A stretch of DNA of 53,032 bases from a virus (taxonomy: Duplodnaviria > Heunggongvirae > Uroviricota > Caudoviricetes): the IMG/VR virus record IMGVR_UViG_2541047822_000003; one strand, 5' to 3'. Position 1 is the first letter of the stretch; the number at the start of each line of letters is the position of its first letter. The notes beneath the pieces were generated by a model. It ran no database searches. It worked only from the letters and a program-made list of their open reading frames with translations, and was not told where the DNA came from. Both the position numbers and the translations under genes were made by a program. Below are positions 1 through 8,984 of this stretch, in pieces.

Positions 1-1236
1 CTACGATAACCGCGCATTCAACATGGCTATCTGTTCGTCGTTCATGTCATCAATCCACATACCGTAAATTTCATACACCATCTGCGCAGTTTCATGCCCC
101 ATTTGGCTGGCTATAAATGCCGGGTTCGCTCCTGCCGTCAACAGCCAGCAGGCAAAAGTATGCCGCGTATGGTACGGATTACGGCGGCGAATACCAGCAC
201 GTTTTACTGCTGCATTCCACCTTGCCCCCAAACTGCTTACCGAGTAATAAGGTTTTTGTTTTCCGTTACACACCCTGGGCATGAAAACAAAATGCAGTTT
301 TTGCTTTTCGGTTCTGCCGTACTCCCGATGATAAAAGGTGATTTCGCTTTTGCGATGATGCCCGGTCAGTTTGTATTGCTCCTTCAGTGCTTCAAGAGCA
401 GGCTGCAGTAGTGTTACTGTTCGGATCCCGGCATTTGTTTTTGGGGGACCGAACATATCAAGTATCGTCAGGTTTCTTCTGACATTCACTATTCCCTTTT
501 CGAGATCCACATCCTCCCACGCCAGAGCTGCCAGTTCCCCGTGACGAAGTCCTGAGTAAACGGCAAATTTCCACAAGTTCTGGCTCTGTCCTTTTTCACT
601 TTCCATTAATGCATTGAATTCTGTTTTAGATAACGGATCAGGCTTTATTCTGTTTCGCTGTAATTTTTTTACTCCTTCAAATGGTTTAGTTGATATAAAT
701 CCCGACTGATACGCAAAACGCAACAGCGAACAGAGCAGGGCGATATAGTTATCAACTGTGCGCACGGTTCTTCCTTTTTTGTTGGATCTTGGATTATCCA
801 GGTAAAGCGTTTCTCCATGCAGCAGTTCATTCCGGTAGTTTAAGATATCGCTATAACGAATATGTGATATCGGGGTACTTTCACAAATTATTATTCTGAG
901 TGTTTTTAATTGTGATTTCGTTTTCTTCATTGTGTTTGTTGTTAACTCTGTCTCTTTAATTTTTGTCCAGATATCACAAAGCTCTCCGAACGTTTTTATG
1001 ACTCTCGTTGTCACCATTTTTGCCCCAGTGCTGGACTGGGGAAAACGTCTTAAATACTCAAATTCACCGGAGTTTATTTCATGAACTATCAGCGATCTTA
1101 AATTTCCGGCCTTTTTAATATTACTGTTTGTAATCTCCCAGCCTTTTAATGTTTCCCGACATCGTTTTCCTCGAAACATGAACCAGATGCGAATGTATCT
1201 ACCTCTAATCTCGACACCTGTTGGTAATTTAGACAT
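1..1236 (-). CDS. intR: Tyrosine-type site-specific integrase (Rac prophage IntR)
   Basis: 411-aa ORF; translation recognised as Rac IntR (C-terminal catalytic region with R...HxxR...Y-type residues, HTRHTFACWLL). Complete in window. Confidence 0.9.
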   Translation of the reverse strand: MSKLPTGVEIRGRYIRIWFMFRGKRCRETLKGWEITNSNIKKAGNLRSLIVHEINSGEFEYLRRFPQSSTGAKMVTTRVIKTFGELCDIWTKIKETELTTNTMKKTKSQLKTLRIIICESTPISHIRYSDILNYRNELLHGETLYLDNPRSNKKGRTVRTVDNYIALLCSLLRFAYQSGFISTKPFEGVKKLQRNRIKPDPLSKTEFNALMESEKGQSQNLWKFAVYSGLRHGELAALAWEDVDLEKGIVNVRRNLTILDMFGPPKTNAGIRTVTLLQPALEALKEQYKLTGHHRKSEITFYHREYGRTEKQKLHFVFMPRVCNGKQKPYYSVSSLGARWNAAVKRAGIRRRNPYHTRHTFACWLLTAGANPAFIASQMGHETAQMVYEIYGMWIDDMNDEQIAMLNARLS

Positions 1237-1237
1237 A

Positions 1238-1453
1238 TCATGAGTCTTTGATAAACTGATTTATCTTTGGATAGTTGTACCAGATAATCCCTCGTTTGCT
1301 GTCTGGCTTACCTAAAGGAGATACTCGTTTGAAGTGGAAGCCCTCCACCCAACAGTTCTGGCGGTATGCTTCAATTTGTCTGGCCCCCAGACCAGTGCGA
1401 AGCATCAGGCCGTATTCAACCATCCACTCTTCATTAAAGATTACTTGTGCCAT
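1238..1453 (-). CDS. xisR: Excisionase / AlpA-family DNA-binding protein (YdaQ/XisR)
   Basis: ORF 1238-1477; start set at internal ATG (cat at 1451-1453) giving [16 protein letters not shown]..., 71 aa, recognised as Rac YdaQ; directly upstream of int on the same strand. Confidence 0.75.
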   Translation of the reverse strand: MAQVIFNEEWMVEYGLMLRTGLGARQIEAYRQNCWVEGFHFKRVSPLGKPDSKRGIIWYNYPKINQFIKDS

Positions 1454-1531
1454 CGCATCACCTCTGGCAGGCGCCAATGTTAGACTGAAATTGACGCCCG
1501 ATGTTGATTATTAATAATCAGCTATGAAGTT

Positions 1532-1753
1532 TTAATTTGAATACAATGCAATTCTCGAGGACTGAAGTTTCTCGCAATTAAAATTTATCAGTTTTACTTT
1601 CTGCTCTCTGGAAACGCCTGCTTCTTTTTTACCTGAGAGCATTTTTTCGCATTCTGATTTCGTTAGTTTAGATTTTGAATATCTTGTCCAGTTAGTAGGA
1701 GTGCCACCTTCCTTTTCAATAGTGGCGGTAATTTTATACATGAACACCTCCAT
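1532..1753 (-). CDS. ydaC: Small Rac protein YdaC-like (function unknown)
   Basis: ORF 1532-1813 in a different frame from ralR; position between xisR and ralR matches Rac order. Start codon uncertain (chosen at MEVFMYK). Confidence 0.5.
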   Translation of the reverse strand: MEVFMYKITATIEKEGGTPTNWTRYSKSKLTKSECEKMLSGKKEAGVSREQKVKLINFNCEKLQSSRIALYSN

Positions 1754-1928
1754 TATTATTTCCAGTGGTTCGTTTATTCCATCTTTCGAGTGCTTCTTTT
1801 TCACTTCCACCATAACCGGTTCGGGATTCGCATCCGTTACACTTCGCTCGGTAATATCCTGAAATGGCTTTCACCGTTACTGATGGACAACCACAAAATG
1901 GACATGGTTTAACATTGTCATATCTCAT
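1734..1928 (-). CDS. ralR: RalR (Lar) restriction-alleviation protein / type I toxin DNase
   Basis: 64-aa product MRYDNVKPCPFCGCPSVTVKAISGYYRAKCNGCESRTGYGG... with Cys-rich motif; ATG at 1926-1928 (minus strand); recognised as Rac RalR. Confidence 0.8.
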   Translation of the reverse strand: MRYDNVKPCPFCGCPSVTVKAISGYYRAKCNGCESRTGYGGSEKEALERWNKRTTGNNNGGVHV

Positions 1929-1984
1929 AATTTTTCTCATAAAAAATATTTCAAGTTGGCGGTGCATTACACCGCCAGGCTGAA

Positions 1985-2794
1985 TTATTCCTCTGAATTA
2001 TCGATTACACTGTATTCCCCGGTTAATACAGAGGAATCTGCAGGATCGATTGTCAGTGGTTCCTTTTCATCCATTGATACTGCACGCTGGATCTCAATTG
2101 ATACGGGCAGATATTTGAACAGGCGACGAATAGCCGTTTTCTTTGCCATTTCTTCCCAGTGAGTTACCCACGGCCCGTTATTACCAGCTTTACTCAGGCT
2201 GCGCACCAGCTCAATCTGTTTGCGCGTCATAACTTCAAACTGAGTACCTCCGTCTTTCAGTCTTGCGACAGCATAGACGTGGGTAACCGGGGCATCTTCG
2301 TTTTCTCCCGGGCGGTGTATTAACTTTTCATCAAGGCCAAATTCGAAGCTAAACTCGTCACCTTCACGGACAACACGGGCTGACAGGCTGGCGATTTGAC
2401 CAGAACGGCGAGCCAGATCAATCATGCCGCGATAGCCAATGATTAGCTGAACGTTCTTTTTACCGCTCTTTTCGTTTTTATTACCAAAAGGCAGTAAATA
2501 TGCATGACCGAGGGCGCTACCTGGCTCAAGTCCGAGCTGTGAACACTGTACGATCGCACTGACAAAACTCATAGTGTCACAGTTTCCTAACGCCGGAACT
2601 TTACGAATTTCTGTGGTGGCGATACGGATCATACGTTCAGCCGTCATATGGCGTGGAAGAGCTGCTGCCAGTTGCTCTTTCATTGATGGCTGGTTAATAA
2701 AACTAATCACGTCGCTATTTTTAACTGCTGCTGGTGCACGGTTTCCCTGAGTTTTTTGCAGATCGGCTTTTGCGATTGGTGGTTGCTTAGTCAT
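1985..2794 (-). CDS. recT: RecT single-strand annealing recombinase
   Basis: ORF 1985-2851; start set at [13 protein letters not shown] (cat at 2792-2794); recognised as Rac RecT; overlaps the recE stop. Confidence 0.9.
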   Translation of the reverse strand: MTKQPPIAKADLQKTQGNRAPAAVKNSDVISFINQPSMKEQLAAALPRHMTAERMIRIATTEIRKVPALGNCDTMSFVSAIVQCSQLGLEPGSALGHAYLLPFGNKNEKSGKKNVQLIIGYRGMIDLARRSGQIASLSARVVREGDEFSFEFGLDEKLIHRPGENEDAPVTHVYAVARLKDGGTQFEVMTRKQIELVRSLSKAGNNGPWVTHWEEMAKKTAIRRLFKYLPVSIEIQRAVSMDEKEPLTIDPADSSVLTGEYSVIDNSEE

Positions 2795-5378
2795 TTGCAT
2801 ATTCCTTAGCCCAGCGGGGCAGTGATAATGTCTTAATAGCTGGCCATTCATCGGTATTCAGGCAGTCAGACAGGGTTCGCAGATTGCGGTGATATTCCTG
2901 TTGACCTGCCAGTTTTGCTTCTTCGCCCATCATGAAAATTTCAACCGGATAACGTCCGCATTCAATAGTTGTGCTGGCAACCAGAAAAACGAAAGTTGGC
3001 TGCACTCCAAACTGTGCTTCATAACCGTCACTGTAGAATGCATCCTGAACGTGATAGCGGTAGTCGTAATAAGCGGTTTTGAATCGTTGAATATCCGCCG
3101 TAGTTTTCACGTCCATGATCCAGTGAAATTCAGGGATAATTTTGTCCGGACGGCACCGACACAAAATTCCTGTTTCAGGATCTTCCCAGTAAATTGATGA
3201 TTCAGCGTGTCCGGCGCTTTCAACAAGCCATTGCCCCAGCGGCAAAGCCATAACGCTTTGATACATGAGTTCAATTTTCCGGCCTTCTTCCGCAGTGATA
3301 ACCGTTTTTCCTGTGCTTGCGCATTCCATCAGAAACGCTTTCTCTTCTTCTTTTCCGGCGTTTGTACGGCGGTTAAATTCAGGTGCTACGATAAAGCGGT
3401 TACTGAATTCTTCCGGTTCAAGTACCCGGCAGTGGAAAGCAGTTCCTAAATCGAGCGTTTTTGTCTTTGTGGTGTCCACGGGGGCATTTTTACGCCACAA
3501 ATATAGTGCCGGAGTATCAGCAATGTCATCGAGCTGAGACTTACTGATACCGGGACCCGCGTGGTAATTCTCATTCGAAATTCCGTAATAAATACCTGGC
3601 TCTATGTCTTCTACGATTACGGGATCTGCGACTTCGCCAGTTTCATCACTGCAATCGCGATGCGGATCGCTGCCAGCATTCTCATTGTGCGGATGTTCAG
3701 CGCCTTCCATTTCCTCCGGATCATTTTCCTTAGCTTCAACCTGACTCTCTTCAGCGAATGTTTCCTGGTATGTTGCGTCGCCCATCACCGCACCACAGTC
3801 AGGGCAGTTATCCCCGCCAGTCTGGCCGCAGGCATTGCAGGCTATTTCCGGTTCCTGTTGCACTACTGGCTCAGGTTGATTCATATCTGGGCTGGTTTTT
3901 TCCGTTTCTGGCTGGTTCTGGTACACACAATCGCGAGTCTGGATCCCCTTTACCCATTTCGGATCGCTAATTCCGTCAACAAATTCACCACGTGATGCAG
4001 CAAGCAATTTATCGTCATCGACAGGATTTTTTGATGGAATGTTTTTCCGGGCTTCATGGAGTTCTGCCCGCAGTTCCTGATATTTCGCATCAACAGAATT
4101 TACCTGTGACTGAGCATCCAGCGGCTGCGTGTCCTGATGATGTTCAGTTGCGTCCGGTTCCATTGTTTCAGCCTCTCCCTGTTCAACTGCCGTTGTTCCA
4201 GATGGTTGCGGTTTTTCTTCATCATCCTGTTTTCCTTCTTCTGTTACTCGCTGCGGCATCGGGGCAGAGGAGCGACCGCAGGCAATATCCACGATTTCCG
4301 GATCAGGGTTGGCATGATCGGTTTCAGTCAGTACTTTGTTCAGATATTCAGTGACGTGCGCGGGGATGACCTCGATCCCAATTGGTGCTTCTTTTACGGA
4401 CGCAACCACGATGGCGCGGGAATAATCCAGCCCGCCAGGCATGGTGATGAATTTGTCGCGGAAAACAGAAAAGGGCGGTTTATTTTCAGCGATAATTTCC
4501 TCAATGCGTTTAGCGTGTGCCGGATGAAGGTTATAGATGTCCAGATCCATTGAACGGGCCAGTACGCCAGTGGCTACGTCGCGCGCCAGTGACGTCAGAT
4601 CGTGTACGAAACCTTCGCCGCGATCGGTGAGGTTTCCGCCGCCAGCATTAGCACCGGAAGCCGTGCGAGTGATGTGTGAAACACGATTACCCTTCATCCA
4701 CTCTTTTGTCAGCAGTCCTCGATCGGTGTAGTCAGCGTTCAGGTATGCTTCGAAAAAAGCAGTTATCAGTCCCAGGTTTGAATTACCAGGATTAGGGAAA
4801 ACTTTGTCAGTGTCACGAACCAGTTTGTGGAGTTCGCGAATTTCCAGCGGGTCGAGCAGGCTGGTTTTGTGGGAAACAGCCAGGGCAGTAACAGCCGGTA
4901 GTTCTTCAGCCCGAGCAATGTGTAATGCCTGGAGTCCGTCGCGTGAAACGTGCGTTACCGGTTTTTCGCTGCCGTGTTGAGCAAGCCAACGAATGGGCAG
5001 TTCCTGGCCAGAAATTGGGAGTAGCATATTCTCCTCAATCTCAGTCATGTCTTCGCCGTTGACGTTGGTATTGCCTTGATAGTGAGCGTTGTCTGGTGCT
5101 GCTCCCGGTTTTAGTTCCCATGTCATGGAGTCTTTGCTGAGTTGATAGCGTTCACTCCAGGTAAAATCGATCTCACCTTCAGCGGGCAGGTCATTAACGA
5201 CAGGAAAATTCGTGGCAACAGCTTTAAAATAGCTGCTCAGTTTTTTACCTGACTTAACGATCAGGTAGTCCAGAGTGGCACAGGTCGATTCAAAATCGTT
5301 GCTTGCCCACAGGACGACGTCAGGTTCACCGGATGATTTTTTCGCTTTCCGTAACAGGAAGAGTGGTTTTGTGCTCAT
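2787..5378 (-). CDS. recE: RecE exonuclease VIII
   Basis: 863-aa [32 protein letters not shown]...; recognised as Rac RecE, upstream of recT. Confidence 0.9.
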   Translation of the reverse strand: MSTKPLFLLRKAKKSSGEPDVVLWASNDFESTCATLDYLIVKSGKKLSSYFKAVATNFPVVNDLPAEGEIDFTWSERYQLSKDSMTWELKPGAAPDNAHYQGNTNVNGEDMTEIEENMLLPISGQELPIRWLAQHGSEKPVTHVSRDGLQALHIARAEELPAVTALAVSHKTSLLDPLEIRELHKLVRDTDKVFPNPGNSNLGLITAFFEAYLNADYTDRGLLTKEWMKGNRVSHITRTASGANAGGGNLTDRGEGFVHDLTSLARDVATGVLARSMDLDIYNLHPAHAKRIEEIIAENKPPFSVFRDKFITMPGGLDYSRAIVVASVKEAPIGIEVIPAHVTEYLNKVLTETDHANPDPEIVDIACGRSSAPMPQRVTEEGKQDDEEKPQPSGTTAVEQGEAETMEPDATEHHQDTQPLDAQSQVNSVDAKYQELRAELHEARKNIPSKNPVDDDKLLAASRGEFVDGISDPKWVKGIQTRDCVYQNQPETEKTSPDMNQPEPVVQQEPEIACNACGQTGGDNCPDCGAVMGDATYQETFAEESQVEAKENDPEEMEGAEHPHNENAGSDPHRDCSDETGEVADPVIVEDIEPGIYYGISNENYHAGPGISKSQLDDIADTPALYLWRKNAPVDTTKTKTLDLGTAFHCRVLEPEEFSNRFIVAPEFNRRTNAGKEEEKAFLMECASTGKTVITAEEGRKIELMYQSVMALPLGQWLVESAGHAESSIYWEDPETGILCRCRPDKIIPEFHWIMDVKTTADIQRFKTAYYDYRYHVQDAFYSDGYEAQFGVQPTFVFLVASTTIECGRYPVEIFMMGEEAKLAGQQEYHRNLRTLSDCLNTDEWPAIKTLSLPRWAKEYAND

Positions 5379-5479
5379 TGTTTTTTAACCTCAACTCAGA
5401 TTAAAATTCGTTTTGTTCAGTGAATGATCTTGCCGGATACACACTGTTCATAGCCTGCGCCATACGCAGGCTATTTCTT

Positions 5480-5755
5480 TCAGATTTCACCTTTTAATTT
5501 CATTGCAATTAGAGTTGCCAGAAATTCGGCTTTTTTTTCTGCGGGCAGATTCTTTCCGATATGCACCAGGCACATTTTTTTGACACCTTCATCAAGTGTT
5601 TTTACGTTGCCTGATGGACCATCGATATCAACCACAGTGAATGGGGTTTCTTTATTTTCTGTTTTAATTACGTAGCCAATGCGCTTTCCTTCCAGATTCA
5701 CCTCGTGAACAATGTCATCGGTAGTTACAACAGTGGCTTCATAATTGGTAATCAT
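5480..5755 (-). CDS. racC: RacC protein
   Basis: ORF 5480-5803; start set at MITNYEATVVTTDDIVHEV (cat 5753-5755), 91 aa; recognised as Rac RacC. Confidence 0.8.
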   Translation of the reverse strand: MITNYEATVVTTDDIVHEVNLEGKRIGYVIKTENKETPFTVVDIDGPSGNVKTLDEGVKKMCLVHIGKNLPAEKKAEFLATLIAMKLKGEI

Positions 5756-5829
5756 GTTTTTCTCCTTAATTAAGGTTAAGCGAATACCTGCCATTTCTGG
5801 CATAAATTCAGTTTCGAATAGTCAATTAA

Positions 5830-6000
5830 TTAAAGTTCATGTGCCATCTGGTCTTTTTCGGCACAAGCTTCACTGCAATATTTTCTCGGTTCGTCTTTTG
5901 ATAAAATCCCGTGCATGAAGTGAAGCATTCTTTCAATAGCTTTGCTTTCTTCAACGTCTTTTTTGCAAAGGTGGTAAGCACATTTTATTTTCTTAGTCAT
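5830..6000 (-). CDS. ydaE: YdaE small Cys/His-rich (putative Zn-binding) protein
   Basis: 56-aa ORF below the 60-aa track threshold, translated by hand: [56 protein letters not shown]; ATG overlaps the kilR stop (ATGA). Confidence 0.7.
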   Translation of the reverse strand: MTKKIKCAYHLCKKDVEESKAIERMLHFMHGILSKDEPRKYCSEACAEKDQMAHEL

Positions 6001-6221
6001 CACCATGACTCCGCCTTTACAGGTAAACCATCACGACCGAGGAAGACTTTAATCATGCGGTCAGTAATGAATGTTTTTGTGGTCAGGTTACGAATATATA
6101 GTTTTCGCTTTTTAATATTGTTTGCCGAGGCAATATATGTCCGGCCTTCATGAAGAACATAATCGCCAGGAGTCACACACTGACGTGGTATTTCATCAGT
6201 TCCGAAGTGATGTGCAATCAT
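6000..6221 (-). CDS. kilR: KilR, FtsZ-inhibiting cell-division toxin
   Basis: ORF 6000-6233; start set at [22 protein letters not shown] (cat 6219-6221), 73 aa; recognised as Rac KilR. Confidence 0.85.
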
Positions 6222-6662
6222 AATTATCTCCATTTTTACAAATGAACTTTGTTGATGCGGTGTCTGGTGCCTCCAGGTGACTGCAACCAGTTAACAATTA
6301 CAGTCGGCTTTCCCACCCAAACCAATAAGGACTGACATGACTTTTAACTGTGCCACGTGCGCTTAGCCGCATTCACCGCATCACAAAATTCACTTTAAAA
6401 AGGGCGGACATCAGCCGAACTTCAAGAAAAAAACTGATGCCGCCAGGACTACACACAGCAATGTCGTTATTTACAACCGGAGGCGCACTCCCACCATTTA
6501 AATTTAACAGACAAGACCGACTCTTTATGGATATCGGAAATGCGCCTTCGTGTTGTGCCCGGTTTTATTTCACCACCTCCGGGCTTCGGTGGTCTCGGCT
6601 ATACCCCTACAGCGAGAGCTTGTGTTAACATTTCAATACCCTTACAGTTGAGAGTTATTGAT

Positions 6663-7151
6663 ATGTTGGATGTATTTACTCCATTGTTGAAACTTTTTGC
6701 TAACGAGCCACTCGAAAGACTTATGTATACGATTATCATTTTTGGTCTCACTCTCTGGCTGATACCGAAAGAGTTTACTGTCGCATTCAATGCTTATACT
6801 GAAATACCTTGGCTCTTTCAGATTATCGTTTTTGCCTTTTCTTTCGTGGTCGCCATTTCCTTCTCAAGATTGCGAGCACATATTCAAAAGCATTATTCAT
6901 TACTACCAGAGCAACGAGTATTGCTTCGTTTATCTGAGAAAGAAATCGCTGTATTTAAAGATTTCCTTAAAACAGGAAATCTTATTATCACTTCTCCTTG
7001 CCGTAACCCGGTTATGAAAAAATTAGAACGGAAGGGCATCATTCAACATCAGAGTGATAGCGCAAACTGTTCTTATTATCTCGTCACCGAAAAATACTCC
7101 CATTTTATGAAGTTATTCTGGAACAGCAGGAGTAGACGTTTTAATCGTTAG
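6663..7151 (+). CDS. sieB: Superinfection exclusion protein B
   Basis: ORF 6540-7151; start set at ATG 6663 (MLDVFTPLLKLFANEPLERLMYTIIIFGLTLWLIP...), 162 aa with TM helices; recognised as SieB. Confidence 0.85.
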   Translation: MLDVFTPLLKLFANEPLERLMYTIIIFGLTLWLIPKEFTVAFNAYTEIPWLFQIIVFAFSFVVAISFSRLRAHIQKHYSLLPEQRVLLRLSEKEIAVFKDFLKTGNLIITSPCRNPVMKKLERKGIIQHQSDSANCSYYLVTEKYSHFMKLFWNSRSRRFNR

Positions 7152-7303
7152 CTTACTGTGTGCTTCTCCAACCATCGGCGCGCACCAGTTTCGGTTTTAA
7201 ATGTTTTGCTTTTGGTATACGTCATGGCAGTGAACGTTCCATCCTGGTTGGGGAACACGCCGCACACCAGGGATTCGTTGTTGCCGAGGTCGATTTTTTG
7301 CAT
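7148..7303 (-). CDS. ydaF: YdaF small protein
   Basis: 51-aa ORF translated by hand: MQKIDLGNNESLVCGVFPNQDGTFTAMTYTKSKTFKTETGARRWLEKHTVS; position matches Rac ydaF. Confidence 0.7.
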   Translation of the reverse strand: MQKIDLGNNESLVCGVFPNQDGTFTAMTYTKSKTFKTETGARRWLEKHTVS

Positions 7304-7313
7304 TTTGCGAATC

Positions 7314-7448
7314 TCACATCTTGTTGCTACGTATAGCGACTTCTGCCTGCCAGAGATCCCAGTCGTTGCTGCGTAAAGCCTGCACAGCCTGGTTGTAAGT
7401 GATACCGCAACAATCCATCAAATACTGAACTACTTCGTAATGCACCAT
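7314..7448 (-). CDS. ydaG: YdaG small protein
   Basis: 44-aa ORF translated by hand: MVHYEVVQYLMDCCGITYNQAVQALRSNDWDLWQAEVAIRSNKM; first gene of the leftward operon. Confidence 0.7.
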   Translation of the reverse strand: MVHYEVVQYLMDCCGITYNQAVQALRSNDWDLWQAEVAIRSNKM

Positions 7449-7623
7449 CTTATCTCTCCCCTTAACGCCGGGTGGCGGAACTAACTGCTGCACTGCAAAA
7501 TTTGAATCCCGCCGTCATGTTCTTACGCCTCGGGCTGGCTACTTAACCCCTGACCACTGCCTGGTAACTCGAAGTATTGCCCTGCATTCTGTGGGGCGGG
7601 GTGGGTTGGTATGAAAAGAAGGA

Positions 7624-7660
7624 TACCCATAGGTATTTAAAAAGTAAATACCCATGGGTA
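7624..7660. promoter_or_regulatory. Left operator-like region: two 12-bp palindromic sites (TACCCATAGGTA at 7624-7635; perfect palindrome TACCCATGGGTA at 7649-7660)
   Basis: Read directly; same motif recurs inverted at 8182-8193; lies between the racR 3' end and the ydaG start, where a pL/OL analogue is expected. Confidence 0.6.
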
Positions 7661-7702
7661 ACTTTTTGCGGTGTCTTAACTGGTGACTAGTTGTTTGGTG
7701 AG

Positions 7703-8122
7703 CTATGATGCGTTTTGTGCTTTCTTTTTACGGATTTCTTCGTAGATCATATTGTAATACTGTTTTTTCTCTTCAAGAGTTTTTAATAAGTTATCCGCTT
7801 CACTTTCTGGCAGTTCGTCTAAGAGATCTAAAAAAATACGTTGTCGTGGCGTTAGAACCCTTGTTTCATAACTGGAGGCTGTGTTCGTTGATGATGAAAC
7901 GATACCATCCATCCATCCCCGGGGTAACCCAAAGGACTCTTCGATAATCTCCACCATATCATCAGCGATCCGTTTTTTTCCCTTTTTCCCCTCTGGGTAC
8001 AACATTCTTGATACATAAGAAGGCTCGCGCCCGATCTTTCTGGCCACGTTAACCGCTTTACCATCGCATTTCTCATCACGAATTTTGATGAGTTGCTGTC
8101 GTCTAAATTCATATTTGTCCAT
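7703..8122 (-). CDS. racR: Prophage repressor (HTH), RacR-like
   Basis: 139-aa ORF with an HTH-like segment (GKAVNVARKIGREPSYVSRML); divergent from ydaS-ydaT and flanked by operator palindromes. Symbol assigned by synteny with Rac. Confidence 0.65.
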   Translation of the reverse strand: MDKYEFRRQQLIKIRDEKCDGKAVNVARKIGREPSYVSRMLYPEGKKGKKRIADDMVEIIEESFGLPRGWMDGIVSSSTNTASSYETRVLTPRQRIFLDLLDELPESEADNLLKTLEEKKQYYNMIYEEIRKKKAQNAS

Positions 8123-8150
8123 AGGTAAATAATAGATGCGATTACTGCAA

Positions 8151-8193
8151 GGTAAACAACCTGTGGGTATTGACTTTTGTTTACCTATGGGTA
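8151..8193. promoter_or_regulatory. Right operator-like region: 9-bp inverted repeat GGTAAACAA/TTGTTTACC (8151-8159, 8177-8185) plus sites CCTGTGGGTAT (8160-8170) and TACCTATGGGTA (8182-8193)
   Basis: Read directly in the 100-bp divergent racR/ydaS intergenic region; the second site is the reverse complement of the 7624-7635 site. Confidence 0.6.
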
Positions 8194-8222
8194 TTCTTTG
8201 CTGTGTTTACTAAGGAGTAGCT

Positions 8223-8504
8223 ATGGAAGAATTAAGAATATTTCTCAATTCTCTTTCGTCAGATGAACAGCGTATGTTTGCATGCGAGTGTGGTACCAGC
8301 ATCGGTTATCTAAGAAAGGCATTGAGTAAAGGTCAAGTGTTAGGGGCATCGTTATGTGTCCTTATTGAGCGAGCCAGTAATGGTGAAGTTACACGTCAGC
8401 AACTAAGGCCTTTTGATTGGATGAATATTTGGCCCGAGCTGGAAGATACCAAAATGTTAACACAACCACTTTCTAGGAGCTTGATTCATGAAAATCAAGC
8501 ATGA
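8223..8504 (+). CDS. ydaS: YdaS, Cro-like HTH protein (toxic when derepressed)
   Basis: 93-aa ORF; AAGGAG RBS at 8212-8217; recognised as Rac YdaS. Confidence 0.8.
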   Translation: MEELRIFLNSLSSDEQRMFACECGTSIGYLRKALSKGQVLGASLCVLIERASNGEVTRQQLRPFDWMNIWPELEDTKMLTQPLSRSLIHENQA

Positions 8505-8913
8505 ACACATCCGCATGGCGATGAATGCCTGGGCGCATCCGGACGGTGAAAAAGTTCCGGCAGCTGAAATAACCAGGGCTTATTTTGAACTGGGTATGAC
8601 GTTCCCAGAACTGTATGACGACAGCCATCCGGAAGCCCTGGCTCGCAATACCCAGAAAATTTTCCGCTGGGTAGAGAAAGACACCCCTGATGCAGTTGAA
8701 AAAATTCAGGCGTTGTTACCAGCTATCGAAAAAGCAATGCCACCTCTGCTGGTGGCCCGAATGCGCAGCCATAGCTCAGCCTATTTTCGGGAACTAGTGG
8801 AGACGCGGGAACGACTGGTGAGAGACGCTGATGATTTTGTCGCAGTGGCGATCGCTGGTTTCAACCAGATGAATCGTGGTGGCCCTGCAGGAAATATTGT
8901 GGCTGTGCATTGA
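8488..8913 (+). CDS. ydaT: YdaT (toxin partner of YdaS, CII-position protein)
   Basis: 141-aa ORF MKIKHEHIRMAMNAWAHPDGEK...; AGGAG RBS at 8475-8479; overlaps ydaS 3' end; recognised as Rac YdaT. Confidence 0.8.
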   Translation: MKIKHEHIRMAMNAWAHPDGEKVPAAEITRAYFELGMTFPELYDDSHPEALARNTQKIFRWVEKDTPDAVEKIQALLPAIEKAMPPLLVARMRSHSSAYFRELVETRERLVRDADDFVAVAIAGFNQMNRGGPAGNIVAVH

Positions 8914-8984
8914 CTCGCAATATTCATACCGGATCACTTCCGGCAATTTGTGAGTAAAAAGATTCGGTATCAAAAGAGGTGAGT

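Noticed and set aside
2889-4731. Plus-strand ORFs of 64-144 aa within the recE region
   Set aside because: Antisense to the well-supported recE gene, no RBS and low-complexity translations.
6350-6628. 92-aa ORF in the kilR/sieB divergent intergenic region
   Set aside because: No RBS, overlaps the likely promoter region and the sieB 5' end, low-complexity product.
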